NCBI GenBank assembly: GCA_964409865.1
Contig: CAYPGE010000004.1
Location: forward strand, 1,740 to 65,739
DNA: 64,000 bases
From: an uncultured Pirellulaceae bacterium
GTDB taxonomy: Bacteria > Planctomycetota > Planctomycetia > Pirellulales > Pirellulaceae
Reading direction: 5' to 3'
Shown here: positions 45,086-55,059 of the stretch, piece by piece
Position numbering within the stretch: position 1 is the stretch's first letter
How the letters are laid out: each line of letters starts with the position of its first letter
Translations under genes and position numbers: made by a program
The notes under the pieces: generated by a model
Seen by the model: the letters and a program-made list of their open reading frames with translations, nothing else
Databases searched by the model: none
Told to the model about the DNA's origin: nothing

Positions 45086-45705
45086 GAAAACGGTCGGAGT
45101 GCGGGCGCTCGCGCAGTAGGGGTCTCCCGCCCCGTCCCGCCGGCGCGGCTGCGGCCTCCGTTGGCCACCTGCGATATGCCGTGAGTTCTTTCGCGGCGGG
45201 CCTGCTGTTGCTCTTGGCCGTCGCGATTCTCGCCGCCGACGATCCCGCCGGCGGCGCTGCCAAGCCCGCTTTGCCGGACGCGCCGGCGCCCGCTGCGGCT
45301 CCGCCGCCGGAGTTGGATCCATTGAGTCTGAACGGCGCTTGCTACGTCTGCCACATTCCGTTCGTCAAGGAAGAGTTGGCCAAGGTACACTTGGCCGAAG
45401 GCATCTCCTGCGCCAAGTGCCACGGACTGAGCGACAAACACGCCAACGACGAGAACATCGGGGCCACCAAGCCGGATATCGTGTACTCGCGCGACAAGGT
45501 GGACAAGAGTTGCGAGCAATGCCACGACACGCACGACGCGCCGGCCAAGAAAGTGCTGGCCCGCTTCACCGAACGGAGGTTGAGTCTGCAGAGGCCGGTC
45601 ATCTGCACCGATTGCCACGGCACGCATAAGATCGACCGTTCGGCCGAGGCCCAGCAACTCTCCGCACCTGCGTCCACCCCGAGTCCGCCGGCCGCAGAAA
45701 GATGA
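45070..45705 (+). CDS. Tetrahaem c-type cytochrome (mirror copy)
   Basis: Mirror of 19874..20509. Confidence 0.8.
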   Translation: MALRLRKRSECGRSRSRGLPPRPAGAAAASVGHLRYAVSSFAAGLLLLLAVAILAADDPAGGAAKPALPDAPAPAAAPPPELDPLSLNGACYVCHIPFVKEELAKVHLAEGISCAKCHGLSDKHANDENIGATKPDIVYSRDKVDKSCEQCHDTHDAPAKKVLARFTERRLSLQRPVICTDCHGTHKIDRSAEAQQLSAPASTPSPPAAER

Positions 45706-45750
45706 AAGGCAATGGGCCAGAAAAACGTGGTGACAGAAAAATGAAGAAGA

Positions 45751-46071
45751 TCAGCCGCCCAGCACCTCGTGCCCCAACTTGCGGAGTTGCTCGAACGTGT
45801 AGATGCCGGTATCGTGCCCGTCGCTGAAGGCGATGCAGTAGGCATAGTTGCCGACGGGCTTCATGGACACGACTTGCAGCGTCTGGGCCTCGGACAGCGG
45901 CGGCCGGGCGGCGGATTCCTGCCCTGCGGCTTTCTGTTGCTCGCGGCACGTGGCGCACGGGCAGTGGCTCCGCAACTCGGCGCTCGGATACTGCTGCTTC
46001 CGTCCGTCGCTCCATTCGATCAGCAGCGACGACGGCTCGACCATTTGCAGTTTAACCGGATAAACGTCCAT
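45751..46071 (-). CDS. DUF971-domain protein (mirror copy)
   Basis: Mirror of 19508..19828. Confidence 0.85.
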   Translation of the reverse strand: MDVYPVKLQMVEPSSLLIEWSDGRKQQYPSAELRSHCPCATCREQQKAAGQESAARPPLSEAQTLQVVSMKPVGNYAYCIAFSDGHDTGIYTFEQLRKLGHEVLGG

Positions 46072-46258
46072 CGCAGAAATGCCTCCCGTTTTCTGGCATC
46101 GTAGCGCGGCAGCCGTTCCGTTTCAAGGTACTTTCCGCGTGGCCCGGCCTACTTGTTGGCCGTGGAAACGGCGGACACGGCCAACAAGCAGGCCGTGCCA
46201 CGTGTGCAGAAGCACGCGTTCAGGAAGGCGACGAGATTGCGAGACGGACCGTTGGGCG

Positions 46259-47953
46259 CTACGGCGTCGCCGCCTGCCGTTGACTGAGGAGGCTATTGCG
46301 GGCCACCTGCAGGCCGGCGGCGAGCGTGGTGTCCTCGCCGAAGCTGATTTCGCTCTGGCCTTCGGTCACCGGCTTCTTGGCGGTCCGCACGACGACGTCG
46401 GGGTAAACGCCGTTGTGGCTGATGGCGTGTCCGCCCGGCGAGAAGAACTTGGCGGTAGTCAGTCGCACGCCCGCCTTCGAGGCGTTCAAGGAAAAAATGC
46501 CCTGCACGGACCCCTTGCCGTAACTGCGTTGTCCGACCACCGTGCCGCGGCGGTGATCGTGGATGGCCCCGGTAAAGATCTCGCCGGCGCTGGCCGTATC
46601 GCCGTCGATCAGGACCACGAGTGGCACTTGCCACGTCCCGACCGCGTGGGCTTGATAATCGAAGTCCTCGTGCGAGTTGCGGCCGCGCGTCGAGACGATG
46701 GTGCCGGAAGCCACGAACTTGTCCGCCACTTCCACAGCGGCCGGGAGCAGTCCGCCCGGATTCCCGCGCACATCGACGATCAGGCTCTGCATCCCGTCGC
46801 GGTGCAGTTGCCACAAGGCTTCGTCGAACTCGCGGTTGGTCGTTTTCTGGAAGCTGGTCAGCCGCAAGTAACCGATGCCGTATTGGCGATCGACGATCTT
46901 GACGTCCTGCACGCTGGGCACGTCCACGCGGCGGCGCACGACGCGCAGGCGGCGAGCGGCGCCGGCGGGGTCCGCCAGGACGATTTCCACCGCGCTGTCT
47001 TCCGGCCCTTTGAGCATGTCCGCCGCCTCATCACTGCTGACCTGGGAAACGGACAACCCGTTGATCTCCACGATCCGTTCGCCGTTGCGGACGCCGGCCG
47101 CTTCAGCAGGGCCGCCGGGCAGGACATTGACGATCAGCAACGCGTCTTGCTGCGCCCGCAGTTCGATGCCCAGGCCGACGAAATTGCCCTCAATCTGCGA
47201 GAACACTTCGTCCAACTGGCCGCCGGTGAGGAAGCACGAGTATTGGTCCAGGGCGCAGGCGGCGCCGGAGGTAAATTCCAGGACCGTGGCCGCCGGACGG
47301 AGTCCCAGTTGCTGCTCGGCCAGTTTCGCCACGTTGCCGGCCACCTCGCAGGCTTCCCGTTGGTTGCGCACCTTCGTGGCCTGCATCCGGCGCTGGAGCT
47401 GATCGCAGAACGCCCGTACTGCTTCGTCCGTGCCGCGGACCTGGTTGGCCTGCCGGAACGTAACCGATGCCAGGGCGATATCCAAGTTGTCCAGGCCGCG
47501 TTGCGCCAGTTCCTGCCAGGACGGCTGCTTGACGTAATAGGACTCGATTTTCCGCAAGACTTCGGAGTACACGTTCTGCGCGTCACGCTCGCTCAGTTGC
47601 TGGACCCAACTCATGAAGCCGGGATCTTCATAGCGGCGAGACACGTCGTAATGCATGCGTGCCTGAGTGAGACGGTCCCACAGTTCCGACTTGTCCGGGT
47701 AGTCCCGGATCGCGTCTTCGTAGTGGGCCAGGGCTTCGCTCCATCGCTGTTGCGACTCCAAGTCTTGCCCGCGTTGCAGCAACTGCGTCACCGCGGTGTC
47801 AGGCGACAGGGCTTCGGCCGGAATGACCACCTGGGCAGGCGCGTCGGACGGCACTGGTCCCAGAAGGATTGCGGCAGGGAGGAAGAAGAGGAACAGGAAG
47901 CGGGCGAACGCCGACGAAATCATCGGCCGCCACAGATTGTACCGTCTCGCCAT
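46259..47953 (-). CDS. S41 C-terminal processing peptidase (mirror copy)
   Basis: Mirror of 17626..19320. Confidence 0.9.
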   Translation of the reverse strand: MARRYNLWRPMISSAFARFLFLFFLPAAILLGPVPSDAPAQVVIPAEALSPDTAVTQLLQRGQDLESQQRWSEALAHYEDAIRDYPDKSELWDRLTQARMHYDVSRRYEDPGFMSWVQQLSERDAQNVYSEVLRKIESYYVKQPSWQELAQRGLDNLDIALASVTFRQANQVRGTDEAVRAFCDQLQRRMQATKVRNQREACEVAGNVAKLAEQQLGLRPAATVLEFTSGAACALDQYSCFLTGGQLDEVFSQIEGNFVGLGIELRAQQDALLIVNVLPGGPAEAAGVRNGERIVEINGLSVSQVSSDEAADMLKGPEDSAVEIVLADPAGAARRLRVVRRRVDVPSVQDVKIVDRQYGIGYLRLTSFQKTTNREFDEALWQLHRDGMQSLIVDVRGNPGGLLPAAVEVADKFVASGTIVSTRGRNSHEDFDYQAHAVGTWQVPLVVLIDGDTASAGEIFTGAIHDHRRGTVVGQRSYGKGSVQGIFSLNASKAGVRLTTAKFFSPGGHAISHNGVYPDVVVRTAKKPVTEGQSEISFGEDTTLAAGLQVARNSLLSQRQAATP

Positions 47954-48441
47954 AGTCAGCTCGCCATCCAAGGGGGCAAGTGCGAGAGCCTGCCGTGCGA
48001 GGGGGCGATTGACGAGGTCAAACGCAACCCCTCGCACGGTGGCTGACGCCGTTTCAGGATGCTCATGATAGCGGGCCGGCTGAGACCAATCGGGAAGGAC
48101 CAAAATCCGGCCTGCTGGAATATAGGCCACGATTTGCCCGTGTGCAAAAGAGACGGCGCGAAAAAGCGACGGAAAGTCCGGCGAGTTCGTTACAGTCTAC
48201 ACCAAACGATCACGGCCGCCAAAACCACAGGGTTTGCAGAGGCAAACCACAGCGCGCCGATTGCGCATCCTGACGCAGCGGTACGTCTTGAACCGGTCAT
48301 CCTCCGGGCATCACGATCATCTTATGCGCGTCCAATCAGGCGGGCAAACCCTCCGGAAAAAATTTTTCTTTTGACCTGCGGATCGGCGGTAACACGATTG
48401 ATGTTTCGCTCTCAAGGCGTTAGCGTAATGGCAAGGCGCCA

Positions 48442-48478
48442 GCAGCCCGGCTTTTCCGAAAAACCCGGGCTTCTTCAC
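48442..48478. repeat. Hairpin repeat family B (mirror copy)
   Basis: Mirror of 17101..17137. Confidence 0.6.
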
Positions 48479-48547
48479 TCACCGGGACAAGTTGTTCTTT
48501 CCGCGCACCACGACAGCCACAGGGAAGGTCGCCGAGCGACGACACAA

Positions 48548-49876
48548 ATGAACGGATTTCAATCCACGAATTGTTCACGCCGATCGTTCCTGCAACGCTC
48601 GCTGACCGGAGCCGCGGCCGCAGGTCTGGCCCCCAACTTTGTTCCCGCCCGCGTACTGGCCGCGTCGGGAAGTCCAGCTCCAAGCGACCGCGTCGGGATT
48701 GGCTACATCGGTGTCGGCCGGCGTGGCAACCAGTTGATGCGTCTGCCTCCCGCCGGCCGGATCGTCGCCGTGGCCGATTTCGACCGGACGCGAGCCGAAA
48801 CCACGGCGGCGGCACGGAAATGCCGCGCCCACACCGACTACCGGGAACTGCTGGACGCCAAAGACGTCGATGCCGTAATCGTCGCGACGCCCGATCACTG
48901 GCACGCCTTGCCCAGCATCCGGGCCTGCCAGGCAGGAAAGGATGTCTACTGCGAAAAGCCGCTCGGTCTGACCATTCAGGAAGGCCGCCTGATGGTCCAG
49001 GCCGCGCGCAAGTACCAGCGCGTTTTCCAAACCGGATCGCAACGGCGGTCGATGCGCTACCACCGCCTGGGATGCGAACTGGTGCGCAACGGCGTCGCCG
49101 GCAAGATCCACACCGTGCTGATCATGAACTACCCCAGCCCCTGGGAAGCGCGCTTTCCCGGCCAAGACGTGCCGGCGGGGCTTGATTGGGACGCCTGGTG
49201 CGGGCAGACCGCGCCCGTGCCGTTCCACACCGACATCTTCGTTCAGCGTTCCAAGCCCGGATGGATCTCGCTACGCCCTTACTCCGGCGGCGAAATGACG
49301 GGCACGGGGGCTCATGGATTTGACCAGATCCAATGGGCCCTGGATATGGACCACACGGGACCGGTCGAGATCTGGGCCGAAGGCGGCAAGCTGCCCAACG
49401 TCGTCTACGAAGCCCCCGAATCACTCGGCCGCGGCGATCGCCTGTGCAGCGAGGGCTTCCGCGTGCGAATGCGATATGCCAACGGGATCGAGGTGCGACT
49501 GGAGCCCGGCGAGTCGGCGGCGGGGGCGGCATTCATCGGCGATAACGGGAAGATCCGCATCGGCAACAATGAGGTGACCACCAACCCTGCGGAACTGGCC
49601 CAGGTGCCGCAAGACGAATGGAAGGTCCGCCTGCCGGTTAGCGACGATCATCTGGCGAACTGGATCACTTGCATCCAATCGCGCCAGCGGCCCATCGCCG
49701 ATGTCGAGATCGGCCATCGCTCCGCCATCGTGTGCCATCTGGGCAACATCGTGCGCTGGGTAGGCCGCAAGTTGACCTGGGACCCGCAGCGGGAGATCTT
49801 CCCAGGCGACGACGAAGCGAACGCTTATTTGTCGCGCCCCATGCGGGCGCCCTACCAACTGCCGGAGCAGATCTAA
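48548..49876 (+). CDS. Tat-signal Gfo/Idh/MocA oxidoreductase (mirror copy)
   Basis: Mirror of 15703..17031; ATG 48548 begins MNGFQSTNCSRRSFL. Confidence 0.9.
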   Translation: MNGFQSTNCSRRSFLQRSLTGAAAAGLAPNFVPARVLAASGSPAPSDRVGIGYIGVGRRGNQLMRLPPAGRIVAVADFDRTRAETTAAARKCRAHTDYRELLDAKDVDAVIVATPDHWHALPSIRACQAGKDVYCEKPLGLTIQEGRLMVQAARKYQRVFQTGSQRRSMRYHRLGCELVRNGVAGKIHTVLIMNYPSPWEARFPGQDVPAGLDWDAWCGQTAPVPFHTDIFVQRSKPGWISLRPYSGGEMTGTGAHGFDQIQWALDMDHTGPVEIWAEGGKLPNVVYEAPESLGRGDRLCSEGFRVRMRYANGIEVRLEPGESAAGAAFIGDNGKIRIGNNEVTTNPAELAQVPQDEWKVRLPVSDDHLANWITCIQSRQRPIADVEIGHRSAIVCHLGNIVRWVGRKLTWDPQREIFPGDDEANAYLSRPMRAPYQLPEQI

Positions 49877-49955
49877 CCGGAAAAGGGACAGGGGGCTTGT
49901 CTTGAAAAAGACCGCCGTCCCCTTTTTTCACGAGCCTAACTGTGGAGAGACTGCC

Positions 49956-50303
49956 GTGAAACTGGTCGTGGCCATTATCCAACCCACCAAGCTGCAGGCC
50001 GTGCAAGAGGCGTTGGCCAAGGTTGGCGTCGAACGGATGACCGTCTGCGACGCGCAAGGCTTCGGGCGGCAAAAAGGCAGGTCCGAGACGTATCGCGGGG
50101 TCGAGTACAAGACGCACTTGTTGCGCAAGATCGCCCTGGAGATCGCCGTCAACGACGATTTCCTCCAGCGCACCTTGGACACGATCATGAACGTGGCCCG
50201 CACGGGACCGGAAGGCAACATCGGCGACGGCAAGATCTTTGTGCTGCCCATGGAGCAGGCGCTGCAAATCGGCGGGCTGGAACGCGGCCCCGGCGCGATC
50301 TGA
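49956..50303 (+). CDS. glnB: Nitrogen regulatory protein P-II (mirror copy)
   Basis: Mirror of 15276..15623; GTG 49956 is preceded by GGAGAG. Confidence 0.9.
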   Translation: MKLVVAIIQPTKLQAVQEALAKVGVERMTVCDAQGFGRQKGRSETYRGVEYKTHLLRKIALEIAVNDDFLQRTLDTIMNVARTGPEGNIGDGKIFVLPMEQALQIGGLERGPGAI

Positions 50304-50342
50304 CCGACATGGTTCGACTTGAAGCCGGAACATGACTCGCGA

Positions 50343-52058
50343 TTAGCGGTCCGCGGCGTACGGATCGTCATCGTCGTCCGCCGGCTCGCCCAAGGGGACT
50401 TCGTCCGGTGTGACGGGGATGGCTTGGTAGTCGCTGCGGCTTTCGTTCGTGCTCAGCACGCGCACGCCGGGGTGGTCGGTCAGAGGACACTTGTTCTCGC
50501 AGATGCCGCAGCCGATACAGCGGCTGGGATCGACGCGCGGCTGCTTGATGACGATCTTCTGGCCATTGCGGGCAATCACCTCCGTCTCGACCACGTAGAT
50601 CGCTTTGTCGGGGACCGGGCAGTGTTCCTCGCAAACAATGCACTCCCGGCCGTAGGCGTAGGGAATACAGCGGGTCACGTCGAACGACGCCAGCCCGATC
50701 CGCACTTGCTTCTTCTGCTCGACCGTCAGCGGCCGAATGGCCTGGGTCGGACAGACGTGCGTGCAGGCCGTGCACTCGGATTCGCACCACCCCAAGCGGG
50801 GAACCAACCGGGGCGTCCACAGCCCCTCCAGCCCGGCTTCCCACAACGCCGGTTGCAAGCCGTGCGTCGGGCAGATTTTGATGCACATGCCGCACGACGT
50901 GCAACGTTCGAGAAACTCGCGTTCGGGAAGCGAGCCGGGCGGACGAATCAGGTGCTCCTGCGGCAGCGAACCGCGGGCCTGCGGTGTGATTCGCAACAAG
51001 CACAATCCGGCGACGCCGCCCAGGGCAGCGCCAAACACCGATCGCCGTGACAGATCCAGGCCCTCGACGGGCGGTTCCTTGCGCCACGGAAGCGTGAGTG
51101 TGAACCGCAACCCGTCCCGGCGGCACGAATCCGTACAATTCAGACAGCCCAGGCACTCCGCCGCCTTCCACTGCTCGCCCGGCGCGCCCGAGGCCGCTCC
51201 GTGACACGACGTGGCGCACAGATCGCACTGGTTGCAGTTACCGGTTTGCACCGCGCGGCGCACCAGTGGCCGCAGGGAGAAGATGCCCAGCAACGCTCCC
51301 AGCGGACACAGATACCGGCACCAGAACCGCGGCCGGTAGCGGTTCAACGCCAATGTGAGAAGGAAGAATCCCAGAATCAGGCCGCCGCCCAGAAACGTAT
51401 GCGTCCGCAGGCCGAAGACGTGATCGCGCAGGAATTCGTACGCCGGCTCGCTCGCGTAGTCCCGTACGAAGGGATGGACCCGTTCGGCCACCGGCCGCAC
51501 CGGCGCGGGTGCGGTTTCGGGATCGTAGTGGTAGATCGCCGTCGACGGCGCCTGCACGCCCCACTGAAGCGCCGGCAGCAAAGCCGTAGTCGTCGTTCGG
51601 TACAGAAGCACCAACGGATCGAAAATCGTGCCCCAATGGCTGCCGAACAGCGCCATGACCAGCAGGCCGACCAGCAGCAAGTACTTCGTCCTCTGCCACG
51701 GCGACCAGTGGTCGCGCCGCCGCCGGTCTGGCCAGATCCAGAACAGCACGCGGCTCGCGATGTCGTGGAGCGTGCCCAGCGGGCATACCCAGCCGCAGAA
51801 GACGCGCCCCAGGACCAGCGTGACGGCAACCAGTCCCAACGACGCGAGCAGCAGCGCCGGCACCGCATGCGCGGACAGCGCCGTAGCGATCAACAGCAGC
51901 GGGTCGATCGCGAAAAACGCCTTCAGCCACGCGCTCGGCATCCGTTCGCCGCCCCTCGCCTGCGCCGCCACGACCAGGCCGAGAAACACCAGCAGCATCG
52001 CGACCTGGACCAGTCGCCGCAACGTGACCCAGCGCCACAGGGATCGGAACTTCAGCAT
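50343..52058 (-). CDS. Membrane polyferredoxin, NapH/MauN-like (mirror copy)
   Basis: Mirror of 13521..15236. Confidence 0.9.
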   Translation of the reverse strand: MLKFRSLWRWVTLRRLVQVAMLLVFLGLVVAAQARGGERMPSAWLKAFFAIDPLLLIATALSAHAVPALLLASLGLVAVTLVLGRVFCGWVCPLGTLHDIASRVLFWIWPDRRRRDHWSPWQRTKYLLLVGLLVMALFGSHWGTIFDPLVLLYRTTTTALLPALQWGVQAPSTAIYHYDPETAPAPVRPVAERVHPFVRDYASEPAYEFLRDHVFGLRTHTFLGGGLILGFFLLTLALNRYRPRFWCRYLCPLGALLGIFSLRPLVRRAVQTGNCNQCDLCATSCHGAASGAPGEQWKAAECLGCLNCTDSCRRDGLRFTLTLPWRKEPPVEGLDLSRRSVFGAALGGVAGLCLLRITPQARGSLPQEHLIRPPGSLPEREFLERCTSCGMCIKICPTHGLQPALWEAGLEGLWTPRLVPRLGWCESECTACTHVCPTQAIRPLTVEQKKQVRIGLASFDVTRCIPYAYGRECIVCEEHCPVPDKAIYVVETEVIARNGQKIVIKQPRVDPSRCIGCGICENKCPLTDHPGVRVLSTNESRSDYQAIPVTPDEVPLGEPADDDDDPYAADR

Positions 52059-52080
52059 CTCTGTCCCAAGTAAAGGGGAA

Positions 52081-53016
52081 TCACGACACGGCCAACTCGC
52101 GCAACGCGAGCGACCGGTAGTCGATCTTGCCGAGGCCGTACTCCTGGCCTTTGACAATCGATTCGATGTCCGTCGGCTTCCGCCCGATGGCTTCCGCGCC
52201 CCACGCGTCCAAGGCCACGATGTCCACGCCGGCGGCCAGCATCCATTTCGTCTCGACGTCTTCCAGTTTGCCACCTTTAGGTCCGTTCGCCTTGAGCATG
52301 CGAGTCGCGTCCAGGATACACAAACGCGGCTTCATGAAGCGTGTCAAGTCTGCGAGACTGGGGGCGATCGCCTGATGGAATGTGTTCCGCTTGTCGATCA
52401 CGCCCATGTAGTTCTTCATGCACATCGTCAGGCCGGCCAAGCGATGATGCTTGACGATCGGGACGTTGATCACCAAGTCCGACTCGATGATCTCCGGGTA
52501 GACGGGAATGGTCTTCACCAGTTCGCCGCCAATCTTGGCTTCTTTGAATCGCGTCTTGTCCAGGAACACGACCTTGGCTCCTGCTTCGCGGGCTGCGTTA
52601 GCAATGCCGCTGGCCACGTATGTCTTCTCGGCCACGTCGCACGGGTGGTCGCCCACCTTGACGGTCTTGGCGCCGGCATCGAAGCACAGACGGATAATGG
52701 TGGCCACCACGTCGGGGTTCGTGTTCGCCGCGGTTTCGGGAGTACGATCCCAGCCGATATTGGGCTTGACCCAAACCACGTCGCCCCGGCTCACAAATCG
52801 CTTCATCCCGCCCAGGGCGTTGATCGCTTGTTCGGTAAGCTTGACGGCGACGTCCTTCATGGCCGCATCCGCTGCCGGCTTGGTCCCGCTCCACCGCGTA
52901 ACGGCCATGTCGGCCGACTTGGCAGACGTTTGCCCCAACAGCAAATCAGGCCGAGCCGCCAACAACCCGGCGGCGGCCGAACCAATCAGGAACTCTCGTC
53001 GGGAACGATCGCACAT
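52081..53016 (-). CDS. Tat-signal DUF362 protein (mirror copy)
   Basis: Mirror of 12563..13498. Confidence 0.85.
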   Translation of the reverse strand: MCDRSRREFLIGSAAAGLLAARPDLLLGQTSAKSADMAVTRWSGTKPAADAAMKDVAVKLTEQAINALGGMKRFVSRGDVVWVKPNIGWDRTPETAANTNPDVVATIIRLCFDAGAKTVKVGDHPCDVAEKTYVASGIANAAREAGAKVVFLDKTRFKEAKIGGELVKTIPVYPEIIESDLVINVPIVKHHRLAGLTMCMKNYMGVIDKRNTFHQAIAPSLADLTRFMKPRLCILDATRMLKANGPKGGKLEDVETKWMLAAGVDIVALDAWGAEAIGRKPTDIESIVKGQEYGLGKIDYRSLALRELAVS

Positions 53017-53263
53017 GATGTCACTCCTCCCGCGGACTTGGCCGCTTAAGCAAGGACGATTTTCAACTGCTGATACAATATCAACACGATAACCGGAATT
53101 CAATGTCCCTGCAACACAGGCCACGTTCACGTTCAAGATGCTGCTCAAGTTCCAGGTGGAAAGCCTCGAGGGCTGGTCGCCGCCGGAGTCCGGCCGTATG
53201 CTAATCAGGTGACCTGGCTTGTTTGCCCTGGGGAGAGTTCCGCCCTTTCTCACACTTCGTTCT

Positions 53264-54115
53264 ATGAATCGCCGCCGATTCTTGCGTTACACTCGAGGCA
53301 TCGCCGCCGCAGGGGCGGCTGGCGTGCTGGGCTACACGTTCGGCATCGAGCCGCATTGGGTCGAAGTGGTGCAGCGCCCGTTGCCGGTGGTGGCGTTGCC
53401 GGCGTCCCTGGTCGGTAGGCGTCTGATTCAGATCAGCGATTTGCACGTGGGGCCGCGCGTCGACGATGCGTACATCGTCCACTGTCTGCAGACGGTCGCC
53501 GAATTGAAGCCGGACATTCTGCTGATCACCGGCGACTTGATCACGTATCACGAGCCGAAGCAGTTGCGGCAACTTCGCGAGATCCTGACTCACCTTCCCA
53601 AACCGCGTCTGGCATCTTTGGCAGTACTCGGCAACCACGACTACGGATTCCGCTGGTCCATGCCCGATGTGGCGGATGACGTAGCTGGAGAACTCACACG
53701 AGTCGGAGTGCAGGTGCTACGAAATGAGTCCGCCGCGGTGGACGGATTGACCTTTGCAGGAGTCGACGACCTGTGGAGCGGGGCTTTCGCGCCGGAGCGG
53801 GCACTGAGTGGGATCAGCCCCACGCAGGCCGCCATTGCACTCTGCCACAATCCAGATGGAGCCGACAAGCCGGGGTGGGGCCCATTCCGCGGCTGGATTC
53901 TCGCTGGGCACACGCACGGCGGCCAGTGCAAACCGCCCTTCCTGCCACCCCCGATCCTGCCGGTGCGGAATCGGCGTTACGTCGCAGGCGAGATTCCGCT
54001 GGCCGACGGCCGACGCCTGTACATCAACCGCGGACTCGGACACTTACTCCAAGTCCGCTTCAACGTCCGGCCGGAAATCACCGTGTTCACCCTGCGGTCC
54101 GCAGGGCAAGAATGA
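53264..54115 (+). CDS. Metallophosphoesterase (mirror copy)
   Basis: Mirror of 11464..12315. Confidence 0.9.
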   Translation: MNRRRFLRYTRGIAAAGAAGVLGYTFGIEPHWVEVVQRPLPVVALPASLVGRRLIQISDLHVGPRVDDAYIVHCLQTVAELKPDILLITGDLITYHEPKQLRQLREILTHLPKPRLASLAVLGNHDYGFRWSMPDVADDVAGELTRVGVQVLRNESAAVDGLTFAGVDDLWSGAFAPERALSGISPTQAAIALCHNPDGADKPGWGPFRGWILAGHTHGGQCKPPFLPPPILPVRNRRYVAGEIPLADGRRLYINRGLGHLLQVRFNVRPEITVFTLRSAGQE

Positions 54116-54307
54116 AAAATCGGGCGCCCTACGAAGACAGGAGTCAGCCCCACCCCGGCCCCGCTTCTACAGGCCGGGCCGATGGCTTCGATCTCGTCTG
54201 CGAACACGATCGCCCGGGCGTAACGCCGAGCGCGGTCGAAAACCGCACGCCACGTCGCCACGTCTCGGCTCTTGACCACCGTGTGGGTTATAGCCTACAC
54301 TGTGGAG

Positions 54308-54448
54308 ATGGCAGAAGTCCGGGAGAAAACAATCAGGATCTATCGCGACCGGCGAGGTCGCTGTCCATACCTCGAATGGTTTTCGTCGTTGCGGGACAAT
54401 CGTGCGAAGCAGAATTATCGTGAGGAAGGGGATCATGCCGACGCTTGA
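54308..54448 (+). pseudogene. Truncated HigB/RelE-like killer remnant (mirror copy)
   Basis: Mirror of 11131..11271; I translated it codon by codon from ATG 54308 to TGA 54446-54448. Confidence 0.5.
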
Positions 54449-54740
54449 TTACAGAGAACACTTGTTGGAGGACCTAACTGATCCTGATTATGCCGCCGGG
54501 TACTTGACGGCCGCCTTGGAGGAAGGGGAAGACGTCTTTCTCTTGGCCATCCGCGATGTCGCCGAGGCTCACGGCGGTATAGGACGGCTTGCAGAGGGTA
54601 CCTTGCTCAATCGCGAAAACCTGTACAGCATGCTCTCCGAACGCGGCAACCCTCGACTTTCTAGTCTCATGTCCGTCCTTCGCGAATTAGGCGTCGAGAT
54701 TCAGTTCCGAGCAAAGCCGCGGGACACGAAAGCCGCGTAG
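54435..54740 (+). CDS. HigA-type antidote protein (mirror copy)
   Basis: Mirror of 10839..11144. Confidence 0.85.
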   Translation: MPTLDYREHLLEDLTDPDYAAGYLTAALEEGEDVFLLAIRDVAEAHGGIGRLAEGTLLNRENLYSMLSERGNPRLSSLMSVLRELGVEIQFRAKPRDTKAA

Positions 54741-55059
54741 GAACCGCATCACGTCCCAGTCGCCCTTCTGCACCTGGGCGGCCTGCTCGGCGGTCTTTAG
54801 CTTGGGCAGGAGGAGCAGCGCCGGCGGGGACTCGGCCTGGAGCGAAGGTGCGTCCAGTTCGGCGGAGATCCGGTGTGCCTCCTCGGCCGTCGGCGATTCG
54901 TTCGTGATGTCATTTCCCCTGGATGACGATCGGCAGCGTCGCCTCCATCTTGCCGTAGAGTTCCAGCGTGTCGTAGCTGAGCGTCGCGACAAAGGTTTCT
55001 TGCTGGCCGGAGACTTCGAGGTCCGTTGGTACTCGCCACGAGTACCCGCAGGTGCCGCC